From positions 5,952,001 through 6,016,000 of the forward strand of contig OZ176052.1 of assembly GCA_964247055.1 (NCBI GenBank): a stretch of DNA of 64,000 nucleotides. The letters are read 5' to 3'. Shown here one piece after another: positions 39,000 to 52,000 of the stretch (positions are counted from its first letter, which is position 1; the number at the start of each line of letters is the position of its first letter). The translations under genes and the position numbers were made by a program. This DNA is from Paragordius varius (taxonomy: Eukaryota; Animalia; Nematomorpha). Below the pieces are notes generated by a model. The model was not told the DNA's origin, ran no database searches, and saw only the letters and a program-made list of their open reading frames with translations.

Positions 39000-40070
39000 C
39001 TGATAAAAAAGGTATATAGAATATCATGGTGCTCTTGATTTTGGCCCTTACGAGTGATTTAAGTAAGTTATTTACATTTTTGTGAAATCGACGCGCTATT
39101 TTATCAAAAAAAATTTTTTTGTTGAAAGCAAAATATTTAATTCTAAAAATATCACTAAAATATATCATAATCTACATATAAGAGCAAAACTATATTTTCA
39201 AAAATTTTTAATTTTTAGGTGTGGGAGTTTTAAATTTTTTTAATCTTCCAAAATGAACTAACCTTTTTAAGTAAAGTAAAAAATGCCAGGTGCCCAATAA
39301 ATATATTAAAAATATGCCAAATTTTGATATCAACTAATATTTTTTAAAAAATGCTAATATTTTGAAAAATTTTTTTTTTAGCAAAATTTTGTTTAAGCGT
39401 ATTTCATACTATTATGAGTAACGATGTAAATTTAAAAAACGCTTTAGATATAAAAACATTTTTAGTATATTTCGTTGATAAACTTTTATCGTGGTTAATT
39501 TAAAGGTTCGTTTGCTAAAGATTCTGGTGATTTTTTGTGATAAAACACAATATATATTAATTAAAATCTGAGAAAATTGCATATTTTAATCAAAATGAGG
39601 TGATAGATATGTTCAGCAACATCTTATATAGTAAAAGTGTTTTTGTAATATCCTAAAGCGTTTTATAACAGTTTTATCGAAATTGGTATGAAGGACGCAT
39701 TAACAAAATTTTGTTAAAAATTTATTTTTTCAAAAATATTGAAATAGATATTTATAATTTTTATTGCTCAATCAGGGCATTTTTGCATTCATTTCATGAG
39801 AGGGAGCTTGTTTTAGAAGAGTAAAAAGTTTGGGATTTTCGGAGCCCACATCTATTTAAATTTTTTTGAAAATATTCTTTTGCTTCATATATGTAGCTTA
39901 TGATATAATTTAGTGATCTTTTTTGGGATGAGGCATTTATGTTTTACAAAAAATTATATTTGAAAAATATGCGAAAATTTTGCCATTTTCTGATAAGGAG
40001 CGCTTACTACAAAAAATGTATATAACTTTTTTCAAAATCAAGGTCAAAATCAAAAACTTGATAATACTGA
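39000..40070. repeat. Long imperfect inverted repeat (foldback/MITE-like)
   Basis: Arms match as reverse complements, e.g. ATCACTAAAATATATCATAATCTACATATAAGAGCAAAA (~39150) vs ~39875-39918, and AAAACGCTTTAGATATAAAAAC (~39436) vs ~39640-39665. Centre is near 39550. Confidence 0.75.
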
Positions 40071-42803
40071 TACGTTTTCATAATAGGAACATTTCATCAG
40101 ATTAAAATATATACCCCGAAGGAGTCTGATCGAGCGGTAAATATACCTTCAAAAAACCATAAAAATCGCTTCCTCAAATTTTGCTATAAATTATATTTTT
40201 AGTTTATTTTGGAAGATATTGGCCATCTGGATCAGGAAAAATTTTTTGAACCACATCTAAAATTCAATTTATAAAATATTGTTTGCTTTTAAGCTTCATA
40301 AACTTATCATTTTTTTGTAAGCGATGAATATTGGGGTTTTATATGCCAAACCCCCATCCTGTATATAAACTAATGCGAAAGTTATATTAAAAATTTAATT
40401 ATCAAACATTGTTCTTTTATATTGGATAAATAAACCCTGTATTCAGTTTTTTATTAGAGTCTCAGACTGGGACAGCCTTAAACACGACTTAACTACCAGC
40501 TTATTTTAACACAATACCATACTAAAGTTGTTTGTTCAATTTTTTAACTATAATATATATTTTACCCCTATTATATTAGCGATTTATAAAAAACTAAAGA
40601 AAAAATGGCGAAAAAAGTTTTAGATGAGGATTTTTACAATTACACAATTTTTTAAAAAAACTGTTAAATTCGCTTACAGCTAAAGTGTATTTTATTTAGA
40701 CCAATACCTTAAATATTCTCAAGATATTCAAATATAGCTCTGGGATAAAAACTGTCCCAAAAGGTTATTAGATCTTTGCATGTAATTGATAAATTTTTTG
40801 TTAGTATTTAGCTTTCCCGAAAAACTATTTTTGGCCATTCTCTGCATGTCTATTTTCATAAAATTTATTTCGACAAGGCCCAAAACAAAAAACATGAAAT
40901 TCTTTATCCAGGAATATAACACCCTATTTCGTGCACTCTGTATATATCCCTCTTTGAATTTCGTTCCAAAATGCCTTGTTTATGTAAAATCATATGCAAA
41001 TAAATAGCACAATATAATAACCACTTATAAAAAATATTTTAAAATTTATAAACCAATTTTGTTTACATAACAATTAAACATATGTTTACTCTACACAGCT
41101 TAACTTTTTAAATTTTAAATTCTTTATATAGCCAGTGTGATGTATATCTTTTTTTCGTTTTACCCATAACCGAAGAATTTCAAGTATTTTATATATATAT
41201 ATATATTTTCAATTTATTTACTTGAATTAATTAAATCAGTCATCTTATACAGTTAAAATATTTGTTTTAACTAACCTAGCTAATTTAAACAAGCCATTTA
41301 TCAAAAATATTTTTATAAATTGCTTTTTTTAATGTTATTTTTTAGGGTTTTAATAAATTACCCTTACAAGCCTATATTTTTTATTTTTCTTTGTTTTAAA
41401 AAATTAACACCCCTTTAATGCCCCAAAAAATTTAATTCTCTCAAAGATTTAATAAGTTTAAAAGTATTGTATATCCATTAAATTTAGGAATTTTTTTCTT
41501 GATATATTTTTCAATCCATTTTTAATATAAAGGAGGCTTGAAAAAAGGACAGGTTGCATTATCATAATATTTATAATTTATATTGCTTTGTTTTTCTAAG
41601 TTTATTGGTTTACTTTATTTTAGTTTTATTTATTTAATTAGTTTTATTGCAATTCACAACTTATAAAAGAAATATTTTGTTAAAGGTACACTACAAGAAT
41701 AATTTTTATTGTTTCCTTGGCCATACTTACAAGAATCTTACAATTATTTTTCCATATAGTATAATGCAGAGCATAAATAGGTAAGGATTGAATTATTTTT
41801 TATAATAGTATATAATTCAAAGTTAAGATTGATTATGGAGGCACTATGTTTTTTTATTTGGTGTTGCTAAATAAATCATTAACACAAATAAAACTTATCT
41901 TAATTTATTATGAAAGGTGCATTTTGTTTTCAAAAGTTGAACATTTACAGTACAGTGGCATCAATTAATTTTTATATTATGGTTTTTCTTTTTGCTTTAA
42001 AAACTTTATATGATAATAATCTTAATGATATATTTATTAATCAATACATATACACACCTGTAATGATAATTTATTTATTTGGAAAAATAATGAAATCATA
42101 AGATAAAATAAAAATGTAATTATCATCATACCGACCTATATATTTATTTTGACCTGTGAACCAATTCTTAAGTCACTTACTTAACTCTAAAAGCTTTAAA
42201 GCGCATAATCGAGTTATTAAAGTCTTTTGATTGATTTTGTCTACATACAGTACCGTATGGTATAAAAAAGTTTGTCCATAATTAAATATATAAACAAATT
42301 TAATGTTACATAAATAGAAAAAAAATCTTTTTGTCAACCATTTATTGTTTCTTACCATACGCTACTGTAAATGACCATTTTTATTTGGATACCAGATTAT
42401 GTATAAATATCTGTTAATTTGTCATGTCATTTACCGCCTTGCCTCATTATTTTTCAAAATATTTTAGTAGTTTATACCTTTTATGCTGAATTACTTATTA
42501 TAGAAAAACACAATGTATATATAATTGAATGTCCCATGTAATTTAATATTCATTATAATTTGACGGTGTACTTATGGAAACCTTAGCAATAATATTATTA
42601 TTTTTTTGCAATTAAAGTGATGTATGGATATTACATTTTCATTGATATTAAAGTTTTTAAATTTATTACATAAATAAAAAAAATTACGTAAGTTTTCCAA
42701 TATCTAGGTTCAAATTTAAAGGAAATTCCCGAATTATTACATTTATGTAATTTTATTATAGATTAAGTCAGAATATTTTGGTTCCATATTAACCATATAC
42801 ATA

Positions 42804-43020
42804 TACCTTTTACAATTCAGATTCACCTAAAAATAAATTATGTGTTTTCGGATAATATTAACTATCATTAATATGAAATATAATTTTACTACATATTTAA
42901 ACAGATTTTCATATTCTAAATATATTATAAAATAAAGGTAATTTTAAATCTTAAAAAGCACATAATTTATTTTAGGGTGAAGTTGAATTGTTCAAGGGTG
43001 AGTTTGAACTGTAAATGGTC
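42804..43020. mobile_element. MITE family A copy
   Basis: TATACCTTTTACAATTCAGATTCACC...GGGTGAGTTTGAACTGTAAATGG. Confidence 0.75.
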
Positions 43021-43153
43021 GTATTTTTAAACATCAATCTTAACCCATACATATTTTGTTTGGCTTTATAGGCTTAAATTTAAGTAAATATTTTTTGACC
43101 TTCCTTACTAAATGAAAAAAAATCTATCGTAAAACATGTTTATTCTTGCATAA

Positions 43154-44272
43154 CACTGGACAACAAATTTTTCTGCCACTCGAGTTTTTTGAATTTCCTG
43201 ATATTTAGTATCATTTTAACAGTAAATCTGAAATAAAAATTATAACTCGTTGGAAGAATTTTATATAATTTGATTTTTTTTGATTATGCGCCCTCTTTAT
43301 CAAAATTTTACTAAAAAATATTTTTCTTTGAAAATATACAAGTAATGCCCATTTGTAATATATCATTCGAAAGAGTAATTAAAACTCTATAAACGCATAC
43401 TAATATGTATTACATCGACAGTTAATATTGGACACAAAGAGCGACAAACGCGCGAAGCGAGATCATTTTTTTTAATTGTTATATTTTTAAAACTAATGGA
43501 TGAAAATAGCTCAAACTTTTTTTAGATGGTGATGAATGTCCAAAAAAGATAACACAAGAAAGTTTTTTTGATTAAAACATTTTTTTATTGCTTTTATGTC
43601 ACTAACAACCATTTTTAAGTTTTTTGTTTTTTAAAAATTACCATCTCATCAATATTAATTTATTTTCTTTATAAGGCTGATAATTTCGAAATTTTAAAGA
43701 TAAAAACAAAGTTTAAGGTATTTTTGATCTTTTATAGCCATTATGTAATAAATTTACAGTTATAACTATGCATTTTAGTATCCACTAGGTAAAATATTTA
43801 TGATAATAATAATTTTTATTAAAAGAGCAAACCAAAAGCTTTTTCAAACATTTTTTTAAAATTAAATATTAATATAACCCTAATAATTATATTAAAATAA
43901 TTTATATGATTTTCAAATTAGTTTGTCTGTGAAAATTCCTGACTTATTTAAGGATTGAAAATTTCGACCATTTTAATCCAAATAACTTTTACCGATTGAT
44001 TTAAATGACTTACTACCATTTAAAAGATGCAGTTTTTTGTGCTCTTTCGAATGATATAAAATACATGGCTTCATATCTAAAACTTTTAATTTTCGAAATT
44101 TCGAGTTTAATGTTAAATCGGGGCCAAAAATTATCGATAAACTCTAATATAAAAAAATTCTTCCATGCTAGACCAATTTTCTTTTCAGATATACTAATTA
44201 TGTACTTTAATAAAATAAATTTTAAATTTACAAGAATGGCAGTTAAAAAAAGTTAAAATTTGTTGTCTAGTG
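43154..44272 (+). mobile_element. Tc1/mariner-type non-autonomous element family E, complete (~1.12 kb)
   Basis: TIRs CACTGGACAACAAATTTT / AAAATTTGTTGTCTAGTG followed by TA. No transposase ORF. Highly similar to 56628-57743 in inverted orientation. Confidence 0.85.
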
Positions 44273-46568
44273 TAATTTGCACTAAGAGTCAATAATTTAT
44301 TTTCCAATTGTTTGTTTGTTTGCTTGATGCTCAAACTATTTCCGTCCAAGTAAATTACCAGAAATCTCACTATATAATATTCTTCATAATTATTTTTTTA
44401 ATAAAAAATACTTGAAATATCTAATATATGACTTTTTTTCTCACATATTTCCTCCGGCACAATAATTCACACCTTTTTTATATCACACTAAGCAAAAACT
44501 TTAAAAAATCCATTTATATAGTAATTTACTATAAATTAATTACCTAATGAGGGTTTATTTTATAATGTTGAAGGTTTTTAAAACTAACCAATTCAAAAAA
44601 TGGATTTTCTAAATCAAGATTATAAAGTTGCCTGGCCTTAGCTAATTTTATTTTATTTCTACATTTTATGAATGAAATTATTTGCATTAATAGATATGAA
44701 TTCATTACATTTCTGGATAACCTTAAATTTTACGGGTCATTTAGTTTTAATCTCTTACCATAGTTTAATGTTATAATTGAGGTATCCCTCAAATAGTATT
44801 ATTGTCTTTTCTCAATAATTCTATAATTAAATTATGAATAATTATGATTTTGATGTAATTTTTTTTGAAATAGTCATAGAAATTTGAATTTTCAGCCTAG
44901 AGAAAAAATATTGGTATAAGTTTTGAAAATAATGTTTAATAACCTCATAAATCAGTAAATAACCTCTCACAAAAGTTTGACATTATAAAATTTGTATTCA
45001 GTTATTATGTGGGTTAACAAGCAATTTTTGGGTATCAAAATGGATAATGTATAAATTAAGTATCTTTTACACGTTAAAGACATTTATTTTTCGTGAGTGA
45101 TGGATGTATCAAATGAATCTATTTATATATTTTATTTAAAATTTAAATATACGATCATTTTTATGAAAGATCATCACAATAATTATTAAATAGGCCATGC
45201 AAATATATTAACTATATTATTTTATTGGATAAATTGAGTTATCTTTATATAATTTTATTCATGTAAAATCAAATTATATATGCATCCAAATTAATTATTT
45301 TTTGGTCCCTTTATGTTAGAATTGAAATTTTATAACATTTTACTTGGTTCATTGTGAATAAAATTTTTTTTTCCAAATTTTTTATTATTTAGATTTTTAA
45401 CTTGATAATCCTATATCCCTATTACAATACTGTTGTTAGTTAAAAACATTATGTATTCATCATGTTATTTTTTTATGGTGAATTATCTTATCTTTCAGAC
45501 ACAAAATATGCTTGATTTATTTTAAAAATTGCTAGAAATTATTAAAATATTACAATTTTATTGCATAAGTATAGTGACAGATTGTCTCCCCTTTACTTTA
45601 AAAATTTTATTATCTGTGTGCATACCATACATAGATTATGGTGTTAGGATATTTTATGGTAGAGTGGAATTTGCTTTAATTTTTATTTTAAATTGCTGCA
45701 TATTATTGTAGTATCTGAAGAAAATATCTTTCTTTCAATCTACTTGAGGTTTGTCCTCAAAATTCAAATGTTTTAAATATATTTTTTTTAAATACTTTAC
45801 ATATTTATTCTATTTGAAGGACCAAAAATTAAAATTTAATTTGTTCAAAAATTTTGGTGTGTTGAGGAATATCTAGTTTGTAATTTTTTATTTAATGTCA
45901 AAATGTATGTATGTTTGTTTTTAAGTTATTTACTAATTTTATATAAAAAGTATAATTTATCTTTTTGTAAATATTTGTGGTATGTTAGTTTTAACATACA
46001 CTACACAAACCAATAAATATTTTGATGTCAAATATTAATCGGGTCAAATAAATAAATTATATTTTGAGTTATAATTATAAATATATATATATATGTAATT
46101 TTTCATGTAATTTGTTAGTAACGTGTAATTACTTACTATTAATCATATTAGATTTTGTTTAAATATTTATTACATTATAAAAATATTTTCCAATCACTGG
46201 CTTATATAATAAATTATATGTGGGATTTTTTGCATTCCTCAGAATTTGGGTAACATCTCAATCACTCTGATCTGACGAGTTTTAGAAAAAGATTAATTGT
46301 AAAATATATACATTTTGTAAATATTGTAGTTTTGAACATAATTAATTTTCAATAAAGTGAAAGAAACAATGTAAAATAAAGACAATTAGTGAAAAACATT
46401 AATTACGCGTTACATAATTTTACAAAGAGTTTCATTATTTTATTAAATAAATAAAAGGGAGGGTTGGATTTAAAACAAATATTTTCATTAGTCATCTATT
46501 TGTTTCTACATTAATCCCTAATTTTGACAAGTTTTATATTTGTTACACAAATGTAACCAAATTAGGCG

Positions 46569-46605
<37 letters not shown>

Positions 46606-49025
46606 CGATTTTTTTAAAAAATTATAATGTTGCACAGATAATAAAATTTTTAATCTGGTAAAAAATTCTAGTTTAGCCGTTTTTTATGGTAATATTTCCA
46701 TATTTTAGAATCAATATACAAAATCCAAATGATTCATAATATATTTATACAATCCAAATCTAGAATAAATAATAAAATTCAAGATCAAAAATATTGGTTA
46801 TAGTTTAGTTTAAGACAGACATAAATTGTATTTGCATCTGCTCCAAAAACAGATTTTATTATTAGTTTTTATAAACTTTAATAGTTAAATAATAAAAATA
46901 CGTATTAAAACATGATTTGTGGAATGCGATTTTGGAATTGAAATGACCATTTGCTTAATAATTGGTATATCATTGAATTCAGGAAAATATTTAATATAAG
47001 ACGGAAGTATTTAAATTTAAAAGTATTTGTCGAAACTAGGTGTGCTTGTTTAGGAGATTAGACCTTTGGATTTCTTGAATCATTTTTCTTAAAACGGCAT
47101 TTAAAAAATCCGTCTGCTTGTAAAAAACTAATTTAGATATGAAAATTTTAAATGAGAAAAGCGTTTTTCAACACATAAAATTTAATGTTCTAAAGCAGTG
47201 AGGGATTCACATTTTTTATGCGAACGTGGTCACCTATCATTTTTTTATTGCACCCCTAGTTATAACCAATTTACTAGCCATATTTTAAATGCTTGAAACT
47301 AAAACTATAGTAGATTTTGAAAGCCTATTTTGAAGAGTATTCTTAAAAAATATTCGTTTCTCGTTCTCTGAAAAGTGGTTTTGGCAAAAAGTATTTTTTC
47401 TTCTGGTATCCTTAGCATGTTTTCAGCCAAACATCAATTTGAATTGGTCTTTTTTGTAAATCAGCTAATTATTTTGGAATTATATTTAATATTGCCCCTA
47501 AATAATCTAAAAATCTTAATAACTATTTGCTTTTTCAAATAAAAATCAATATTATCATATCGTCTTAAAATGGTATATCATGTACAACATATTACATACA
47601 TCTTGTCGAAGGTCATCAACTATACCAATATATATATATATATATATATTTCGTAAAATTATGTGGTGAGAAATTTGACAATTTGTCGCTAAATATGTCT
47701 ACCGAATGTTAAATAACTTTATTTCTTCATATTAAATTATATATGTACTTTGCGCAAATAGCACGTAAAATGTTCAAATTTTTAAAAACTTTTTTTTCCT
47801 AACTTTTGTATGGGAAAAGAACGTTAGTATTTTTATTTGAAAAATACCACCACCAATTATCATCATCAATTATTTCTGTTTTTGTTCTCACACATATGAG
47901 TATCATTTTTTATAAATTTGAAAAATATATATAATTTCTATAATTTTATCAAAAAGTATCCTGTGGTTTTTTTTTCGTATGGATAACATTTATAATTATT
48001 ATAATAATTGTGTGTATGATAAAAGGTATATGTGGATTTATATTTGTAGTTAGGTAATGTGGTGAGTTTATATTATATATATGTTAATTCTTCAGAAAAT
48101 ATGGATATGATGGTAATAAATTTTACCACAGATTTTATGATTCATGTTTCTTTTGAAACACATTAATATTGTTTATATTTAATTGGTGAATAGAGAAACA
48201 TTTAATTATATATGTATGTAAAAACGTTGGAATATTCTCATTTAACCAATTAATATACTAATATAACCAATCATATATCTCTTAACTGTAAAAAACATGC
48301 TAATAAAATTTAATTCTAATTCACAAATCATGGCGCACATATTATTTATGTTAGCAGTATCAGATTAATAAAAAAGCATATATATTTTAAAATTGTAATA
48401 TATAAATTATAAACAAATAGGTAATAATCTTTATATGTTTTATTTCAATCATAACCTTTAGATTTTTCATTTTACATAATTACTTTACCACATCCTCCCA
48501 GGCAAAAATGTAAAAATAATTAATTAAAATTATATTAAGTAAACTATCCCACATGTGGATCTGATTAAATTCCTAGAAATCTTTTTTTCATATACCATTG
48601 GAAATTCGATTAAGTAATTTCCAAACTTTTAAAATTGACAATATGTATGTAGAAAGTGAGTATAAAAAAAATGTTTTAAGATTATGAAATCGGAATATCT
48701 AATTGAATCCTTAAACAACAATTTAAATTTATCTTTTCTTGTGAAATTAATACTTTTTAAGTTGATTTTTTACCGTTAGTTTTAAAACTTAACTTAATAA
48801 AGGCCATGCATTTAAAATTATGAGAATGAAACTTAGTTATAAATATAAGTAATGAAAACCACATTTATTTTTTATTTTTAATATATACTAACTTTTTCCC
48901 ATAACTATATACAGTTTAAATTTTTATCGTCTGCTTTTTTTACAAAATATGATCATGTGTTATATTATCATTATTTAGATAAGGAAACTTTATTCATAGC
49001 CTAATCTAAAAATATAACTATTGTT

Positions 49026-52000
49026 ATGGTTGTACTAAATGAATTGGAAGGAAAAAGCGAAAAAATTATTAATGAAACAAAAAAATATCCTTTGGTCAAT
49101 GGTTCCTGTTTTAATGCCTGTCTTCCTAATAAAATCTGTCATAAAATAAAAGATCCACAAAATGCTGTAAACAATAAAAATATTCATAACGGTCATCTTA
49201 TCACGCCAAAAGATAATTCTAGTTCCACAATAATAAAACGTACAAAAATTGATAAAACGCCTTCATTTACTATGAAAACTGCATTATATAACACTCCTAA
49301 TAGATATATCACGCAATCCCCCTTTTCACCTTCACCCAACAACAATTTTAGCCCATTAGTTTTGCAACCATTTTCCCCAAAATTAATGGATACACTTAAA
49401 CTACAACGATGCCATTCTCCTGCACTAACTGAGACTGGAACCTCTCAATCCAACACATCTTCGCTTAGTGAATTAAGTACGTTACAAACACAAAGCCTAA
49501 TGACTGGCGTAAAGCAAACCTATGAATATTTTATGGACCATGCTTTGATAAAGGAATGTCTGGTATATATTGTCCTTTTTATATTTACATTTAAACTGCA
49601 ATATACACAATTTATGAGATTAAGCTTTACTGTTAAAATAATGATTGTATAATTTTTTTCCAAAAATTTTTTTAACCAGTACATATTACTGTATTTTTTA
49701 TAGGAAGCACAGACTTTTATTGACGACCACACGCAAACCCACCATTACAATCCATCATACTCTGCTTTTATTGCTCAATACAATGAAATAATGGAATTGC
49801 TTAATGGGTTTAATGAAGTTCAGAACGTACAGGTTATAAATAAAATGTTAACTTCCTTACACCTTTATAAATTAGATGTTCGTATGCGTTTTTGGCATTG
49901 CTGTTTAGCTTTTCTCTCTCAACGCTTTATAACAAGCACTTATATAAACAAGTTTGAATCCTTGTAATATTATTAGATCGTAATCTATATATTAATAATA
50001 ATAATAAAGGATAAATATAATTAGCTATTAGTTTAAAAAAATAAGTTATATGAATAATAGATTTTGAGGTAAAATCCCAGATAAAATTTTTAGTTATAAT
50101 AGGTTAAGTTAAGTCTAAAATTCAGATAATGCCTAAATTCACTCAAATTGAACATATGATTTTAAAAATATAGGATTACCGAAAAATTTCTGTAAAAATA
50201 GAATCAATATCCTTTTAAAGTTATTATTTTTCCTACCATTTTACTTTTTATTTTTCAATTAGCCATTATAAAATTGCATATTTTGACGGCTAAAAGTTTG
50301 ATTTGAAATTTTTCACAATATATATTTCAAAAAAATTCGCTTTAAAAGGCCATTAAAGCATATTATTTAATTTGGCCCATATAGTTAACTTTTAGATTAA
50401 TTTATATTTAAAATGGCCTTCGTTAGTAAACAACCCCAAAATAAGGTAGTGTTTATATTAACATGATTTAATAATGCTTCAATATCGTTTAATTATGATT
50501 GGGTCCACGGGTTGTAATAGTTTTACCGATCAAACTCAAATATATGCACAAGTTTTGTATTTTTGCAACTCATGCCTTTAAAATTAATATTGGCTCTTCA
50601 AAATAGTTTAATGGCATAGCATTATATTTTTGTGATTCAAATCTATCCAATTATTATCAGTCCCTGATTTCATCTTGGTCGAGAATTCTTGACCCTTTGC
50701 GACATAAATTTTAGCTAAAAAATGTTTTTTATATATTAAGGCGTTTTTTAGTCATATATATTGACGTAAATATGAAATTATGGAAAATTTCATTATTTCA
50801 TCCAAATTTCCATGTAAGTAATAATTGATTCATACATAAAGATCAAATATTACATCCATTAATCTTTGCAATCCGATAATACATTAGTGCATCATTTTTT
50901 TACCAATAATATGTGTATTAATAATATTTTTGTAGCCCGAACACTTCAAGCTTTGTTATGGGAAAGATATTGAACAATTTCGTGCGCTTGTACCATCTGT
51001 TGTGCATGCCAACCCTGATAAGGAAAAGGAAATTATGGCTAAAGTAACGGAAGTTTGCGCAAAATGGGATCTCGTATTGCAATGGCTAGAAAAGCACGTT
51101 TATAACGTTATCCCCACAATCGCACACCTTACTGGTTAGTTTATATATGTACTTTTTTATTTTATAATTATTCGCACGAATGCTTTGAGATTTCCTTTTT
51201 TTATATTTGTATTTACATATTTTCTTAATATTTTTAATTTATCATATTTTTCATGAATTTAACGAAAAACGCCGTATTTGGCATCCTAAATATTTTAGAT
51301 TAAAATATTCATATGGTTAATATATAACTAACTATCATATATTTATAATTCAGTTTTTAACGTCACTTATTTATCTTAATAACCAAGGTTGAAAATTTTG
51401 AAATAAAACCGAATTTTAAGATTCGTTTTATACGAAATTTAAAGAATAGGGGGGCTTTTAATATATATTCCGGCGCCAGTTTCAGTTATTATTTGGGGGA
51501 AATATTTCTTGTTGATACAATGAGATGGAATAAATAAAAAAGACCCAATCCTTAATTTTATTAAATACCTTAACAGTAAACACAAAACTAACCGAAATCC
51601 CAAATCTGCACTATAAAAAAAATTTGTAAATATTTGAGCATTTGGCTCGTTCATTTAACTTTTGTAAAAGCCTTTGTATAATATGCCTTTAAAGCGTGTA
51701 AAATTTAATAAAAAATAAAAACCCTTTCAACATTTTATCAATTTTCAAAAATGTTCCGAACTGTTTGCTCATTCAATTCTTCTTATATGTGTTTAATATT
51801 TATAAGCATGTTCAGTTCCTCTATCATCAGTAATAATGGCTGGCAAAATCATATTGTCATCTAAGGTCATCTCTTTCTCCAACATTAAAGCGAATAAAAA
51901 GAGCAATCTTTACATGGAATTTTTTGGGCTAGAAATATTTTCCGTTGAAAAATTAGATGTGTCATAACGTTTCTGTAAAGTATGCATTCGGTCTAAATAA

